Below, one piece after another: positions 7,625 through 16,933 of a stretch of 64,000 nucleotides of DNA. The notes below the pieces were generated by a model. That model was given only the letters and a program-made list of their open reading frames with translations. It had not been told where the DNA came from and did not search any database. Source of the stretch: Bacteroidales bacterium (GTDB lineage: Bacteria; Bacteroidota; Bacteroidia; Bacteroidales; VadinHA17); contig SLNP01000015.1 in NCBI GenBank assembly GCA_007132995.1, positions 5,329-69,328 of the forward strand. Direction: 5' to 3'. Positions within the stretch are counted from its first letter, which is position 1; the number at the start of each line of letters is the position of its first letter. The position numbers and the translations under genes are program-made.

Positions 7625-8767
7625 ATGGCTGTAATAAAGGTTGTTGTTGTAGATGATGAACCCGGAATAAGATCGGGAGTTACCAGAATACTCAGAGACT
7701 TTACGGTAACCTATCCCTTTATGGATGAGGATTTCTCTTTTGAAATAATAGAGGCCTCTACCGGAGAGGAGGGTATTGAGATACTTGAAAGGGATAACCC
7801 GGAGATAATGCTTCTTGATAACAAGCTGCCGGGCATACAGGGTATAGAGGTTCTTGACTACATAAGGAGAAGCGGACATGATACCATGGTGGCGATGATA
7901 ACCTCTTATGCATCTATAGATATTGCAGTTAGAGCCACCAGCGACGGGGCAACCGACTTTATTCCCAAACCTTTCACCCCGCAGGAGCTTAAAGCCTCGG
8001 TCGAGAATATCACAAAGCAGATGTATCTCAGGAACATTACCAATAAACTGAAGAGAGAAGGGGTAAAGGTGCGGTATCAGTTTTTGTCGGTACTTTCTCA
8101 TGAGCTAAAGGCACCACTCTATGCCATAGAGGGCTATCTGCAATCTATGCTCGGGAAGGAGTCGGGAGAAATGGTAGATGACTATGTAACACAGATTGAG
8201 AGGTCAATGCAGCGGATAAAGGGGATGAGAAGCCTTATCATGGACCTGCTCGACTTTTCCAAGACGCGCCTTGAGAAGAGAGAGGATAAGATTGAGCGGG
8301 TAGACCTGAAAAAAATAGCGGAAGAGGCAATAGTTACGGTTCAGCCATATGCTATTCAGAGAGATATAACCTTCAGCCTTGAGTGTAAATGTGAATCGAC
8401 AGTGATGGCCGATCCTGCCGATATGGAGATAATATTCAACAATCTTCTCTCTAACGCTGTTAAGTTTAACAGAGATAAGGGAGAGGTCACTATTGAGATA
8501 GACGGCTGCAGCAAACTCTTTACGGTCAGGGTGTCTGATACAGGTATCGGTATGGCCGAAGAGGAGCTTGATGAGATATTTCAGGAGTTTTACCGCATAA
8601 AGGGTGATGAGACCAAAGAGATAAAGGGCAGCGGACTGGGACTCAGTATTGTAAAGAAGGTAACAGAGCTATATGGTATTGATATAAAGGTCGAGAGCAA
8701 ACCGGGCGAGGGCTCTTGCTTCACCCTTCTCTTTCCGCGCGAAAAGGGTAGGGAACTGCCCGATTGA
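7625..8767 (+). CDS. Hybrid receiver-histidine kinase (N-terminal REC + HisKA + HATPase_c)
   Basis: 380 aa. Motifs: VVVVDDEP, MLLDNKLPG, FIPKPF, H-box LSVLSHELKAPL, N box NNLLSNAVKFN, and G boxes SDTGIGM and GSGLGLSIV. Confidence 0.8.
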   Translation: MAVIKVVVVDDEPGIRSGVTRILRDFTVTYPFMDEDFSFEIIEASTGEEGIEILERDNPEIMLLDNKLPGIQGIEVLDYIRRSGHDTMVAMITSYASIDIAVRATSDGATDFIPKPFTPQELKASVENITKQMYLRNITNKLKREGVKVRYQFLSVLSHELKAPLYAIEGYLQSMLGKESGEMVDDYVTQIERSMQRIKGMRSLIMDLLDFSKTRLEKREDKIERVDLKKIAEEAIVTVQPYAIQRDITFSLECKCESTVMADPADMEIIFNNLLSNAVKFNRDKGEVTIEIDGCSKLFTVRVSDTGIGMAEEELDEIFQEFYRIKGDETKEIKGSGLGLSIVKKVTELYGIDIKVESKPGEGSCFTLLFPREKGRELPD

Positions 8768-8817
8768 AGATTTGGTGCTATAGCCGCCGCAATCCATTTA
8801 CATCAACTTTATACGAG

Positions 8818-9465
8818 ATGGTATCAAAGGGGAATTTACCGGCAAAGACTGTAGAGAGGCTTAGTGAGTACAGGAGAACTCTTCTTGACTCTCTTGAGGA
8901 GAAGAGAAGTTATATATTCTCTCATGAGCTTGCAGCGCTTCTGCATATCACAGCCGTGCAGGTGCGTCGCGACCTTATGCTTATAGGCTACTCCAGTGTG
9001 TTGAAGAAGGGTTATGATGTTCAGGAGCTTATCAATACCATTGGCGAAATTCTGGATTCCGATAAGGGGCTGAATGTAGCGGTAATAGGTATAGGTAATC
9101 TTGGCAGGGCGATAACCTCATACTTCAAGGGTAAAAGGTCTAAACTCAATGTGATTGCATCGTTCGACAACGACCCGGAGAAGATAAACAAGGTTATATC
9201 GGGAGTTAAATGCTATCCGATAAGTGATATGGGAGATGTTGTGAAGACTCTCGATGTATCGATAGTGATTCTTACGGTTCCTCCTGAAGAGGCTGCAGCT
9301 GTTGCAGAGGAGACTATCCGTTACGGAGTGAAGGGCATAATGAATTTTACAACGGTGCCCCTTAATGTGCCTCCCGGTATATTTCTTGAGCAGTACGATA
9401 TGATAACTTCGGTAGAAAAACTTGCCTATTTTGTAAAGGAGAGCAGCTCGCGGCTGAGTGGATGA
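8818..9465 (+). CDS. rex: Redox-sensing transcriptional repressor Rex
   Basis: The track ORF starts at TTG 8764; I prefer ATG 8818 (MVSKGNLPAKTVERLSEYRRTL...). It has a winged-helix N-terminus plus the Rossmann motif VAVIGIGNLGRAI, and the length of 215 aa is typical of Rex. Confidence 0.75.
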   Translation: MVSKGNLPAKTVERLSEYRRTLLDSLEEKRSYIFSHELAALLHITAVQVRRDLMLIGYSSVLKKGYDVQELINTIGEILDSDKGLNVAVIGIGNLGRAITSYFKGKRSKLNVIASFDNDPEKINKVISGVKCYPISDMGDVVKTLDVSIVILTVPPEEAAAVAEETIRYGVKGIMNFTTVPLNVPPGIFLEQYDMITSVEKLAYFVKESSSRLSG

Positions 9466-9531
9466 GATAGTGATGCCAGGGTGGCTTGTGGTCAGAGTAT
9501 GTAATGCCAGCAAAAAAGATTTAAAACTGTA

Positions 9532-10959
9532 GTGATGAAATTTTTTCCGGAAAAGCTGAATATTCCCGACAAAAGGATGAAACCATTTATCGACCCGGGC
9601 GAGATATGGGAACTGATAAGAGGTACCCCGGCCGATAAAGCGAGCGTGAAGGCTGTTATTGCCAAGGCTCTCGATAAAAACCGGCTTACCCTCAAAGAGA
9701 CAGCGATACTGGTAAATGCGACTGACAAAGATCTTATAGAGGAGATTAAGGAGGGTGCACGCGAGCTTAAGGAGAGGGTTTACGGCAACAGAATTGTGCT
9801 GTTTGCACCCCTCTATGTGGGTAACAGGTGCAGTAACGACTGCCGCTATTGCGGCTTTAGGGTTACCAACAGAAACGCCCTGAGAAAGACCCTGTCAGAC
9901 AAGGAGATAGTAACCGAGGTCGAGGCTCTGGAGGATAATGGACAGAAGAGGCTGATACTTGTATATGGAGAGCACCCCGAGTACTCGCCTGAATATATTG
10001 CCCACACCGTAGATCTGGTTTATGGTGTTAAAAAGGGAGCGGGTGAAATACGAAGGGTCAATATAAATGCTGCCCCTTTCGATATCGATGGTTTCAGAAC
10101 CATTGGGAAAGCAGGTATAGGTACATACCAGATATTTCAGGAGACCTACCATCCGGATGCATACAGAGAGTACCACCTGTCGGGCAGGAAGTCCGATTAC
10201 GAATGGCGTCTTACCGCCCTAGACAGGGCCCAGGAGGCTGGTATAGACGATGTTGGCATTGGTGCTCTCTTCGGGCTATACGACTGGCGCTTCGAGGTTC
10301 TTGGCCTTGTCCGGCATACCAACCATCTTGAGGCCTGTTACAATATAGGTCCGCACACCATCAGTTTTCCCCGTATAAAGGATGCTGCCGCCCTCGATAT
10401 TGACGGCAGATACATGGTGAGCGATGAGGAGTTTACCAGGCTGGTTGCCATACTCAGGCTGGCTGTCCCCTATACCGGACTCATACTGACTGCCCGCGAG
10501 GATAGTGATGTGCGCAGAGAGGTTCTTAAATTTGGGGTTTCTCAGATTGACGGAGGAACCAAAATTGAGATAGGCTCCTATTCCGACATAAAAAATGAGC
10601 AGCAGAATCTCAATAAGGAGCAGTTCAAAATTGCTGATGAGCGATCGCTTGCAGAGGTGATAGATGAGCTGCTTTCAACCGGATACCTTCCCTCTTTTTG
10701 TACCTCCTGCTACCGCATGGGAAGGACAGGCGAACACTTTATGGAGTTCTCAGTACCGGGGTTTATCAAGAGGTTCTGTACACCCAACGCCATTATGACG
10801 CTTGCTGAATATATATGCGACTATGCCGGGCCCGGGCTTGCTGAAAAAGGGTGGAAAGCAATAGATAAGGAGATGGAAAAACTCGATCCTCAGGTGGCTG
10901 AAAAGACCAGGGAGAGAGTCGAACTGATAAAAGGGGGGGAGAGAGATCTCTACTTCTGA
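9532..10959 (+). CDS. hydG: [FeFe]-hydrogenase maturase HydG (radical SAM tyrosine lyase)
   Basis: 475 aa. It has the radical-SAM motif CSNDCRYCGF and the C-terminal auxiliary-cluster motif CTSCYRMGRTGEHF...C. It sits in a hydrogenase context. Confidence 0.85.
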   Translation: MMKFFPEKLNIPDKRMKPFIDPGEIWELIRGTPADKASVKAVIAKALDKNRLTLKETAILVNATDKDLIEEIKEGARELKERVYGNRIVLFAPLYVGNRCSNDCRYCGFRVTNRNALRKTLSDKEIVTEVEALEDNGQKRLILVYGEHPEYSPEYIAHTVDLVYGVKKGAGEIRRVNINAAPFDIDGFRTIGKAGIGTYQIFQETYHPDAYREYHLSGRKSDYEWRLTALDRAQEAGIDDVGIGALFGLYDWRFEVLGLVRHTNHLEACYNIGPHTISFPRIKDAAALDIDGRYMVSDEEFTRLVAILRLAVPYTGLILTAREDSDVRREVLKFGVSQIDGGTKIEIGSYSDIKNEQQNLNKEQFKIADERSLAEVIDELLSTGYLPSFCTSCYRMGRTGEHFMEFSVPGFIKRFCTPNAIMTLAEYICDYAGPGLAEKGWKAIDKEMEKLDPQVAEKTRERVELIKGGERDLYF

Positions 10960-10981
10960 ATAGAACAGAGGAGCTGCCATT

Positions 10982-11518
10982 ATGATAAAGATTATTGGAA
11001 TAAAAGTAGTTGACCGGATTAAAGAGACCGGCTTTACCCAGAATGTGCTGACAAAGTATAGCGGAATGATAACCACACGGCTCGGTTTTCATGAGCTTAA
11101 TGACGGGGTATGCAGCCGCGAAGGATATATTCTACTTCATATGAAAGGCGATCCTGCCGACTGGGAGGAGATGGAGAGCGAACTCAGCTCTATCGGTGGT
11201 ATCGAGGTGCTGGAGATGGACTTTAGAGATAAAGCGCCAGATGCCGTTCAGTCGGGCAATGCAGCACAGGGCGGCACCAGAATAATAGGGGTGCTTGTGA
11301 AAAAAGGAGATACTGATATAGCCATGCTGCAGAAGACATTAACAATGTATGGCTGCTCTATAAGAACACGCCTTGGCGTTAATGAGTCTCACTTCGGAGA
11401 GTCCGCGGGCCTCATACTGCTTGAGCTTTTTGGTGATGTGAGTGAGATGGATCGGCTTGAAGCAGACCTCAGGGGGTGCGGTAACTGTATAGTAAGAAGA
11501 ATGACCTTCGGCAGATAG
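10982..11518 (+). CDS. Tandem-duplicated TM1266-like 'iron-only hydrogenase system regulator' (two ACT/NikR-C-like ~80-aa units in one chain)
   Basis: 178 aa. Unit A: IIGIKVVDRIKETGFTQNVLTKYSGMITTRLGFHE...ILLHMKGD. Unit B: IIGVLVKKGDTDIAMLQKTLTMYGCSIRTRLGVNE...ILLELFGD. Its position next to hydG matches the TIGR03959-type family (family recalled from memory). Confidence 0.6.
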   Translation: MIKIIGIKVVDRIKETGFTQNVLTKYSGMITTRLGFHELNDGVCSREGYILLHMKGDPADWEEMESELSSIGGIEVLEMDFRDKAPDAVQSGNAAQGGTRIIGVLVKKGDTDIAMLQKTLTMYGCSIRTRLGVNESHFGESAGLILLELFGDVSEMDRLEADLRGCGNCIVRRMTFGR

Positions 11519-11536
11519 CAATCTGCCTGAAGGTCA
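11502..11536. terminator. Strong hairpin between convergent genes (candidate bidirectional terminator)
   Basis: TGACCTTCGGCAGAT-agca-ATCTGCCTGAAGGTCA forms a 15-16 bp stem with one bulged A. It overlaps the stop codon of the 10982..11518 CDS. Confidence 0.5.
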
Positions 11537-11562
11537 CCTTCCTGTAACATGTTCTGCCGGAG

Positions 11563-14115
11563 CTACCTGATAGTGTGCCCGAAGAAAATCGAGTTCATAA
11601 ATATTCTGTCTGTTCCGTACCAGATGGCCCTGAAGTTGGTGTCCTCATAGAGTGATATAACCCTGCCACCCGAAACATGAGCGGTCGCGAATGCCGCTCC
11701 GGCCACTCTCTCAATGTTCTCATCGGTTACATATCCGCTTAGCAGAGGTGTATCGGTAAACCTTATCGGTGTGTTGAATATATCTCTGCCCGGTTCATAA
11801 AGCGATGCTCCACGCTTGAAAACAGGCAGTTCATCCCTGTAGTATCCGTAGCAGAGAGGGTGTGTCAGATCCATCACCGCATTGAAGATGGTTCCGGGGA
11901 TGTTGTGTGGCGATCTGGACCTGTCACCGTAAACCGGATTTTCCGGGGCGGGATTCCTTACACCCGGTATGGTTGTGGTGGTAATGAAGTTGTTTCTCGC
12001 CAGCCAGCCGTTGCCTCCCTTGTAACCTATTATCACTCCACCGGCACGATTCCACTGTCTGAGCGATTCCACCCCCCGCTCACTGATATTTGGTGAGCCG
12101 GCAATAATAATAACATTGTACCTGTCGGTCGAGATGTTGTTGAATCTCTGCGTTGGCACCAGTGTTACGGGTATATTGTAACGAACATCGAGCAGGTTCC
12201 ATATCTCTCCGGCATCCCTGCTGTTAATGCCAGAGTCAACCATCAGGGCAATTGACGGCCGGCGAAGCAGTGTAAAGCTTGAACTGCCAAGATCAGCCCC
12301 CTGGGTAGGTGTAAGCCCGGTTGTTGTTCCAAATATCTCGGTGTTGTATCTTCCCGCTACCTCACTGAGGTAGTTGTTGAGCTCATCCCTCTCCATCGGC
12401 TGGTCGAAGGCGTGTATCATAATGGTGCCATTGGGAAAACTCCTGCGCAGGCTGCCATCATCGACAGAGAAGGGCTGTGTGGCCACCCTGATAGTCAGGT
12501 CTGCATCGAGAAGCGTGAAGAGGAGAGAGTAGGAGAGGTAGTCGTTCATTTCGAAGAGGTAGGCGTATGTCTCTGCATCTGCGCTTAGCCTGCCTTGGTT
12601 TATTGCTGGGGCAGCGGCTACAACCTCACCCTTCAGGTCGGCGACAGCCCTTGACTCTCTTACCTCTGCGAAGGGTATATTGAACGACATCGCTACATTC
12701 CATGCCGAAATATCGTAGAACCTGGTTCCCTCAAACTCAAAAATCGGCTCGAAAAGAGACTTAACAAACCTGTAGGCAGGCTGTTCGGTCGGTATAAGGT
12801 AGCTCTGCCCTGCCTTAAAGGTTATCCCGTCGACGGTAATGTCTCTCTCAATATTGTGAATTTCAATTTGATGCTGTAGCAGGTGGTCAATAAAGAAGGA
12901 GAGCTTAGATTTATCATCGGGTTCGGTAAAGAGATATCCCTTTACCGGATCTTTCCGGGCCTCTTCAATCGCAGAAATATAGAAATCTCTCTGAAACTCA
13001 AGCAGCCTTGTACCCATCGCAAGGGCAGCATCTGTTGTTGAGAGCGCCATGGTAAACTGATTCCTGATGGCAAAGGGGAATGACAACAATCCCGATGCAA
13101 TTTCACGGAGATGTGACTTCGGCCCTCCCTGCTCTATCAGAATACCGATCGAACCATGAAGGTCAGGATATGAAGAGCCATAACCCGGATACAGGTTGTC
13201 AAAGATCTCCTCCTGAAAGTAGAGGCTACCTATCCTGTCCATATGTTTGGCATGGAATTTTGCGATCTCTGCGGTAAGGTCATAATTCTTTTGGGGAACA
13301 ACAGGGTTGTTGGCCAGAGGATCGCCCGGCTCCCAGAAAAAGGTCGAGTTAGCACCCATCTCATGCTGGTCCATAACAATAGTGGGGAACCACCTGTGAA
13401 ATGCAGCAACCCTTCCCCTGCTCTCGGGGTGCTGAAGCATCAGCCAGTCACGGTTAAGGTCGAACCAGTAGTGGTTAGTCCTTCCTCCCGGCCAGGGCTC
13501 ACTGAATACCCGTGAGTTGGGATCTGCTATCGGATCTACACTCCTGTGCATATTTACCCATGTAGAGTGCCTGTGGTAGCCGTCGGGGTTCATGTTGGGG
13601 TCGATAAGAATTACTGTGTTGGCCAACACCTCGTCAATCTCACTGCCCATACCTGCAACAAAATGGTAAGCCGCAACAAGAGATGCATTCTGTGCACTCG
13701 ACTCATTACCATGAACACCATAAGCCAGTTTGATTATTACCGGCATTTCAGAAATGTTGAGCGATGGCGAAACCTCCGGGTCTCTTAGCTGAAGATGCCG
13801 TTGCCGGATACCCTCAATATTTCTGATGTTTTCCGGAGAGCTTACAATGAGCTTGCCAAGAGCTCTCTGCTGATGACTCCTGGCATACTCCTTCCATACA
13901 GCGCGATCAGAAAGACGCGCCATCTCTTTCATGTAGAGTATAAGGTTGTCATGGGTAGCATGCCACTCGCCCACCTCATGACCGATAATATCTGCCGGAA
14001 CCGGTATGGCCGGATCGTAACTCACATGCTTTGGGAGATAGTAGCTCAGGGATACCTGTGCACCAAGCATTAAGGGGAGCAGCAGCAGCGGAATAGTTGA
14101 AAGAAGTCTCTTCAT
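11563..14115 (-). CDS. Secreted M14-family zinc carboxypeptidase-like protein, paralog A (850 aa)
   Basis: It has a signal peptide. M14 motifs: HGNESS (HxxE), DPNMNPDGY, LNRDW, DQHEMG and GILIEQ. A long C-terminal non-peptidase region follows. Confidence 0.8.
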   Translation of the reverse strand: MKRLLSTIPLLLLPLMLGAQVSLSYYLPKHVSYDPAIPVPADIIGHEVGEWHATHDNLILYMKEMARLSDRAVWKEYARSHQQRALGKLIVSSPENIRNIEGIRQRHLQLRDPEVSPSLNISEMPVIIKLAYGVHGNESSAQNASLVAAYHFVAGMGSEIDEVLANTVILIDPNMNPDGYHRHSTWVNMHRSVDPIADPNSRVFSEPWPGGRTNHYWFDLNRDWLMLQHPESRGRVAAFHRWFPTIVMDQHEMGANSTFFWEPGDPLANNPVVPQKNYDLTAEIAKFHAKHMDRIGSLYFQEEIFDNLYPGYGSSYPDLHGSIGILIEQGGPKSHLREIASGLLSFPFAIRNQFTMALSTTDAALAMGTRLLEFQRDFYISAIEEARKDPVKGYLFTEPDDKSKLSFFIDHLLQHQIEIHNIERDITVDGITFKAGQSYLIPTEQPAYRFVKSLFEPIFEFEGTRFYDISAWNVAMSFNIPFAEVRESRAVADLKGEVVAAAPAINQGRLSADAETYAYLFEMNDYLSYSLLFTLLDADLTIRVATQPFSVDDGSLRRSFPNGTIMIHAFDQPMERDELNNYLSEVAGRYNTEIFGTTTGLTPTQGADLGSSSFTLLRRPSIALMVDSGINSRDAGEIWNLLDVRYNIPVTLVPTQRFNNISTDRYNVIIIAGSPNISERGVESLRQWNRAGGVIIGYKGGNGWLARNNFITTTTIPGVRNPAPENPVYGDRSRSPHNIPGTIFNAVMDLTHPLCYGYYRDELPVFKRGASLYEPGRDIFNTPIRFTDTPLLSGYVTDENIERVAGAAFATAHVSGGRVISLYEDTNFRAIWYGTDRIFMNSIFFGHTIR

Positions 14116-14162
14116 AGTCCGTTAGATTTGTTTTGGTTATAGTTTATTGTTGCGGCTATGCC

Positions 14163-14192
14163 TGCCGGCAATGCAACCTGGCACTGCCGGCA
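14163..14192 (-). terminator. Inter-paralog hairpin (two self-complementary TGCCGGCA octamers separated by 14 nt)
   Basis: Read directly. It lies 11 nt past the stop of the upstream (14203..16752) gene on the minus strand. There is no clear U-tract. Confidence 0.3.
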
Positions 14193-14202
14193 AGTATGCC
14201 TC

Positions 14203-16752
14203 TTATCTTATTATATGCCCGAAGAATATGCTGTTCATAAATATCTTGGTGGTACCATACCATATACCACGGAAGTTGGTGTTGTCATACAGTGATATCA
14301 CTCTTCCTCCTGATGTGTGTGCGGTTGCAAAGGCGGTGCCCGCTATTCTCTCAACATTCTCATCGCTTGCATGCCCGCTAAGCAGTGGCGATCCGGTATA
14401 TCTTACCGGTGTGTTGTAGATACCCGGACCAGGCTCAATGGCCGCGGCACCATGTTTCAGAACCGGTAACTCAGATCGGGTATATCCGTAGCAGAGCGGG
14501 TGGGTGAGGTCCATAACGGTATTGAATATGGTTCCCGGTATGCCATGTGGCGAATCGGGCCTGTCGCCGTATACCGGATTATCAGGTCTGGGCGCACTGA
14601 CTCCCGGAACAGTACTTATGTTTATGAAATCGTTCCTTGCCAGCCATGTGTTACCGCCCTTGTAGCCTATAATGACGCCTCCCCTGCGGTTCCATGTTCT
14701 CAGCGACTCCAGGCCGGCCTGACTCAGCGATGGTGACCCTGCGACTATAATGACATTATAGCGGTCGGGCGATATGAAATTAAATCTTGTAGCCGGAACC
14801 AGTGTTACCGGAATGCCAAACTTAACATCGAGCAGATGCCAAATCTCTCCGGCGTCTCTGCTATTTATTCCGCTATCAACCATAAGCGCTATAGAGGGCT
14901 TGCGTAACAGTGCCATATTACCGCTTCCAAGATCTATGCCCACGGGGGTTAGCCCGGTAGTTGTACCGTAGACATCAACATTGTATCTCTCTGCCAGCCT
15001 TCTCATAAAGCTATACAACTCATCTCTCTCCATTGGCTGGTCAAAGGCGTGTACCATTACGGTGCCGTTGGGGAAATCTCTTCTGAGGGTTCCGTCATCT
15101 ATGGTGAAGGGCTGTTTGGCAACCCTTGTGGTGAGGCCTGCATCAAGAAGCTTGTATAGCATTGAGTATGAGAAGTACTCATTGATTTCAAATAGATACG
15201 CATAGGCATCACGACTCGCTGTCAGACTTCCGCTTTTTACCTCCGGAGCCTGATTTACCTGTGCTCCTCTGAGGGTAGCCGCATCTCTTGCGTTGGTAAC
15301 GGCATCGTAGGGAATGTTGAATGACATGGGGAATATCCATGTAGAGATATCGTAGAAAACATCAGAGTCAAACTCGAAAATAGGCTCAAAAAGAGATCTT
15401 ATAAACCTGAAATTGGGCTGTGCCATTGGTATCATAAAGCTCTCTTCTGAAGTGTATGTGAAGCCGTCTATGGAAATGTCGTTTTCAAGACGGTATACCT
15501 CTATCTGATGTTGCAGCAGGTAGTCGACGAATCGTGAGAGCTTGGTTTTGTCGTCGGTCTCACTAAAAACATAAGCCTTTACCGGGTGGTTTTCAGCCTC
15601 TTCCATGGCTGTGATAAAGAAGTCTCTCTGGAATTCCAGGAGTTTTTCTCTCATCGATATACCCGCTTCCACACTTGAGAGGCCTATGGTGAACTGGTTT
15701 TTTATTGCAAAGGGGAACGATAGAAGTCCTGAGGGAACCTCACGAAGATGAGATTTTGGTCCCGCCTGCTCTATAAGTATTCCGATGGAACCATGAATAT
15801 CGGGATATGAAGAGCCCTTCCCTACATAGAAGTCATCGAAACGCTCCTCCTGGAAATAGAGGCTCCCTATCTGATCAAAAAATTTGGCATGATATTTCGC
15901 TATTTCGCCTGTCAGATCGTAGTTTATCTGCGGAACAAGGGGGTTGTTTCTCGATGGGTCGCCAGGCTGCCAGAAGAAGGTGGTCGCTGCACCCATCTCG
16001 TGCTGGTCACTGAATATAGTGGGAAGCCAGCGGTGAAAGGATTCTACCTTTCCTATTGACTCGGGATGCTGCAGCATAAGATAGTCACGGTTAAGGTCGA
16101 ACCAGTAGTGGTTAGACCTTCCCCCCGGCCAGGGCTCACTGAAAACCCTTGAATTGGGGTCGGGAATGGGATCTGTGCTGCGGTGCATGTTGACCCATGT
16201 TGAGTGGCGATGATAGCCGTCGGGGTTCATGTTAGGGTCTATAAGTATAACGGTATTCCTTAAGGTGTTCTCCATCTCCTCGCCCATGCCGGCAATAAAA
16301 TGGTAGGCAGCAACAAGAGAGGCGTTCTGGGCACTGGACTCGTTACCGTGAACACCGTAGGCCAGCTTAACAACTACCGGCATCTCCGACAGGTTGAGCG
16401 ATGGTGATACCGCGGGATCCCTTAGCTTGAGATGTCGCTCACGGATGCTCTCTATATTTCTTATGTTCTCCGGAGAGCTGATTATAAGCTCACCAAGGGC
16501 CCTCTGCTCATGACTCCTGGCATACTCCTGCCATATAGCACGGTCAGAGATGCGTGCCAGCTCTTTCATGTAAAGTATCAGGTTGTCGTGGGTGGCATGC
16601 CACTCGCCAACCTCGTGACCTATTATGTCGGCAGGTACAGGTATTGCCGGATTGTAACTCATATGGTCCGGCAGGTAGTAGCTGAGAGGCTTCTGGCAAA
16701 AAAGAAGTGCCGGTATGGCAAGCAGTGCAACAGTAAAAAGTAATCTTCTCAT
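14203..16752 (-). CDS. Secreted M14-family zinc carboxypeptidase-like protein, paralog B (849 aa)
   Basis: Same motif set as paralog A and collinear over its full length. By eye it is roughly three quarters identical, with stretches such as AIPVPADIIGHEVGEWHATHDNLILYMKE fully identical. Confidence 0.8.
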   Translation of the reverse strand: MRRLLFTVALLAIPALLFCQKPLSYYLPDHMSYNPAIPVPADIIGHEVGEWHATHDNLILYMKELARISDRAIWQEYARSHEQRALGELIISSPENIRNIESIRERHLKLRDPAVSPSLNLSEMPVVVKLAYGVHGNESSAQNASLVAAYHFIAGMGEEMENTLRNTVILIDPNMNPDGYHRHSTWVNMHRSTDPIPDPNSRVFSEPWPGGRSNHYWFDLNRDYLMLQHPESIGKVESFHRWLPTIFSDQHEMGAATTFFWQPGDPSRNNPLVPQINYDLTGEIAKYHAKFFDQIGSLYFQEERFDDFYVGKGSSYPDIHGSIGILIEQAGPKSHLREVPSGLLSFPFAIKNQFTIGLSSVEAGISMREKLLEFQRDFFITAMEEAENHPVKAYVFSETDDKTKLSRFVDYLLQHQIEVYRLENDISIDGFTYTSEESFMIPMAQPNFRFIRSLFEPIFEFDSDVFYDISTWIFPMSFNIPYDAVTNARDAATLRGAQVNQAPEVKSGSLTASRDAYAYLFEINEYFSYSMLYKLLDAGLTTRVAKQPFTIDDGTLRRDFPNGTVMVHAFDQPMERDELYSFMRRLAERYNVDVYGTTTGLTPVGIDLGSGNMALLRKPSIALMVDSGINSRDAGEIWHLLDVKFGIPVTLVPATRFNFISPDRYNVIIVAGSPSLSQAGLESLRTWNRRGGVIIGYKGGNTWLARNDFINISTVPGVSAPRPDNPVYGDRPDSPHGIPGTIFNTVMDLTHPLCYGYTRSELPVLKHGAAAIEPGPGIYNTPVRYTGSPLLSGHASDENVERIAGTAFATAHTSGGRVISLYDNTNFRGIWYGTTKIFMNSIFFGHIIR

Positions 16753-16933
16753 AACAGATAATTCATTTATTGTTTTGGTTATACATAATGTAATGCCTGT
16801 TGTTCACAGATTATTCATAGTTACTGAGGGAGCAAAAGATATAAAAAAGGGCATAATGGATGGGAGTCACTATGCCGGAAAGAGGCCTATTTAACATTTT
16901 TTACACACGCCGCCTGCCCGCCTGCACCTCCGG

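Noticed and set aside
14147-14419. 90-aa plus-strand ORF spanning the spacer between the two M14 paralogs.
   Set aside because: It is mostly antisense to the 3' end of paralog B. Paralogous shadow ORFs appear at equivalent places in both copies (for example 11860..12096 and 14500..14736), which shows they are by-products of the duplicated coding sequence.
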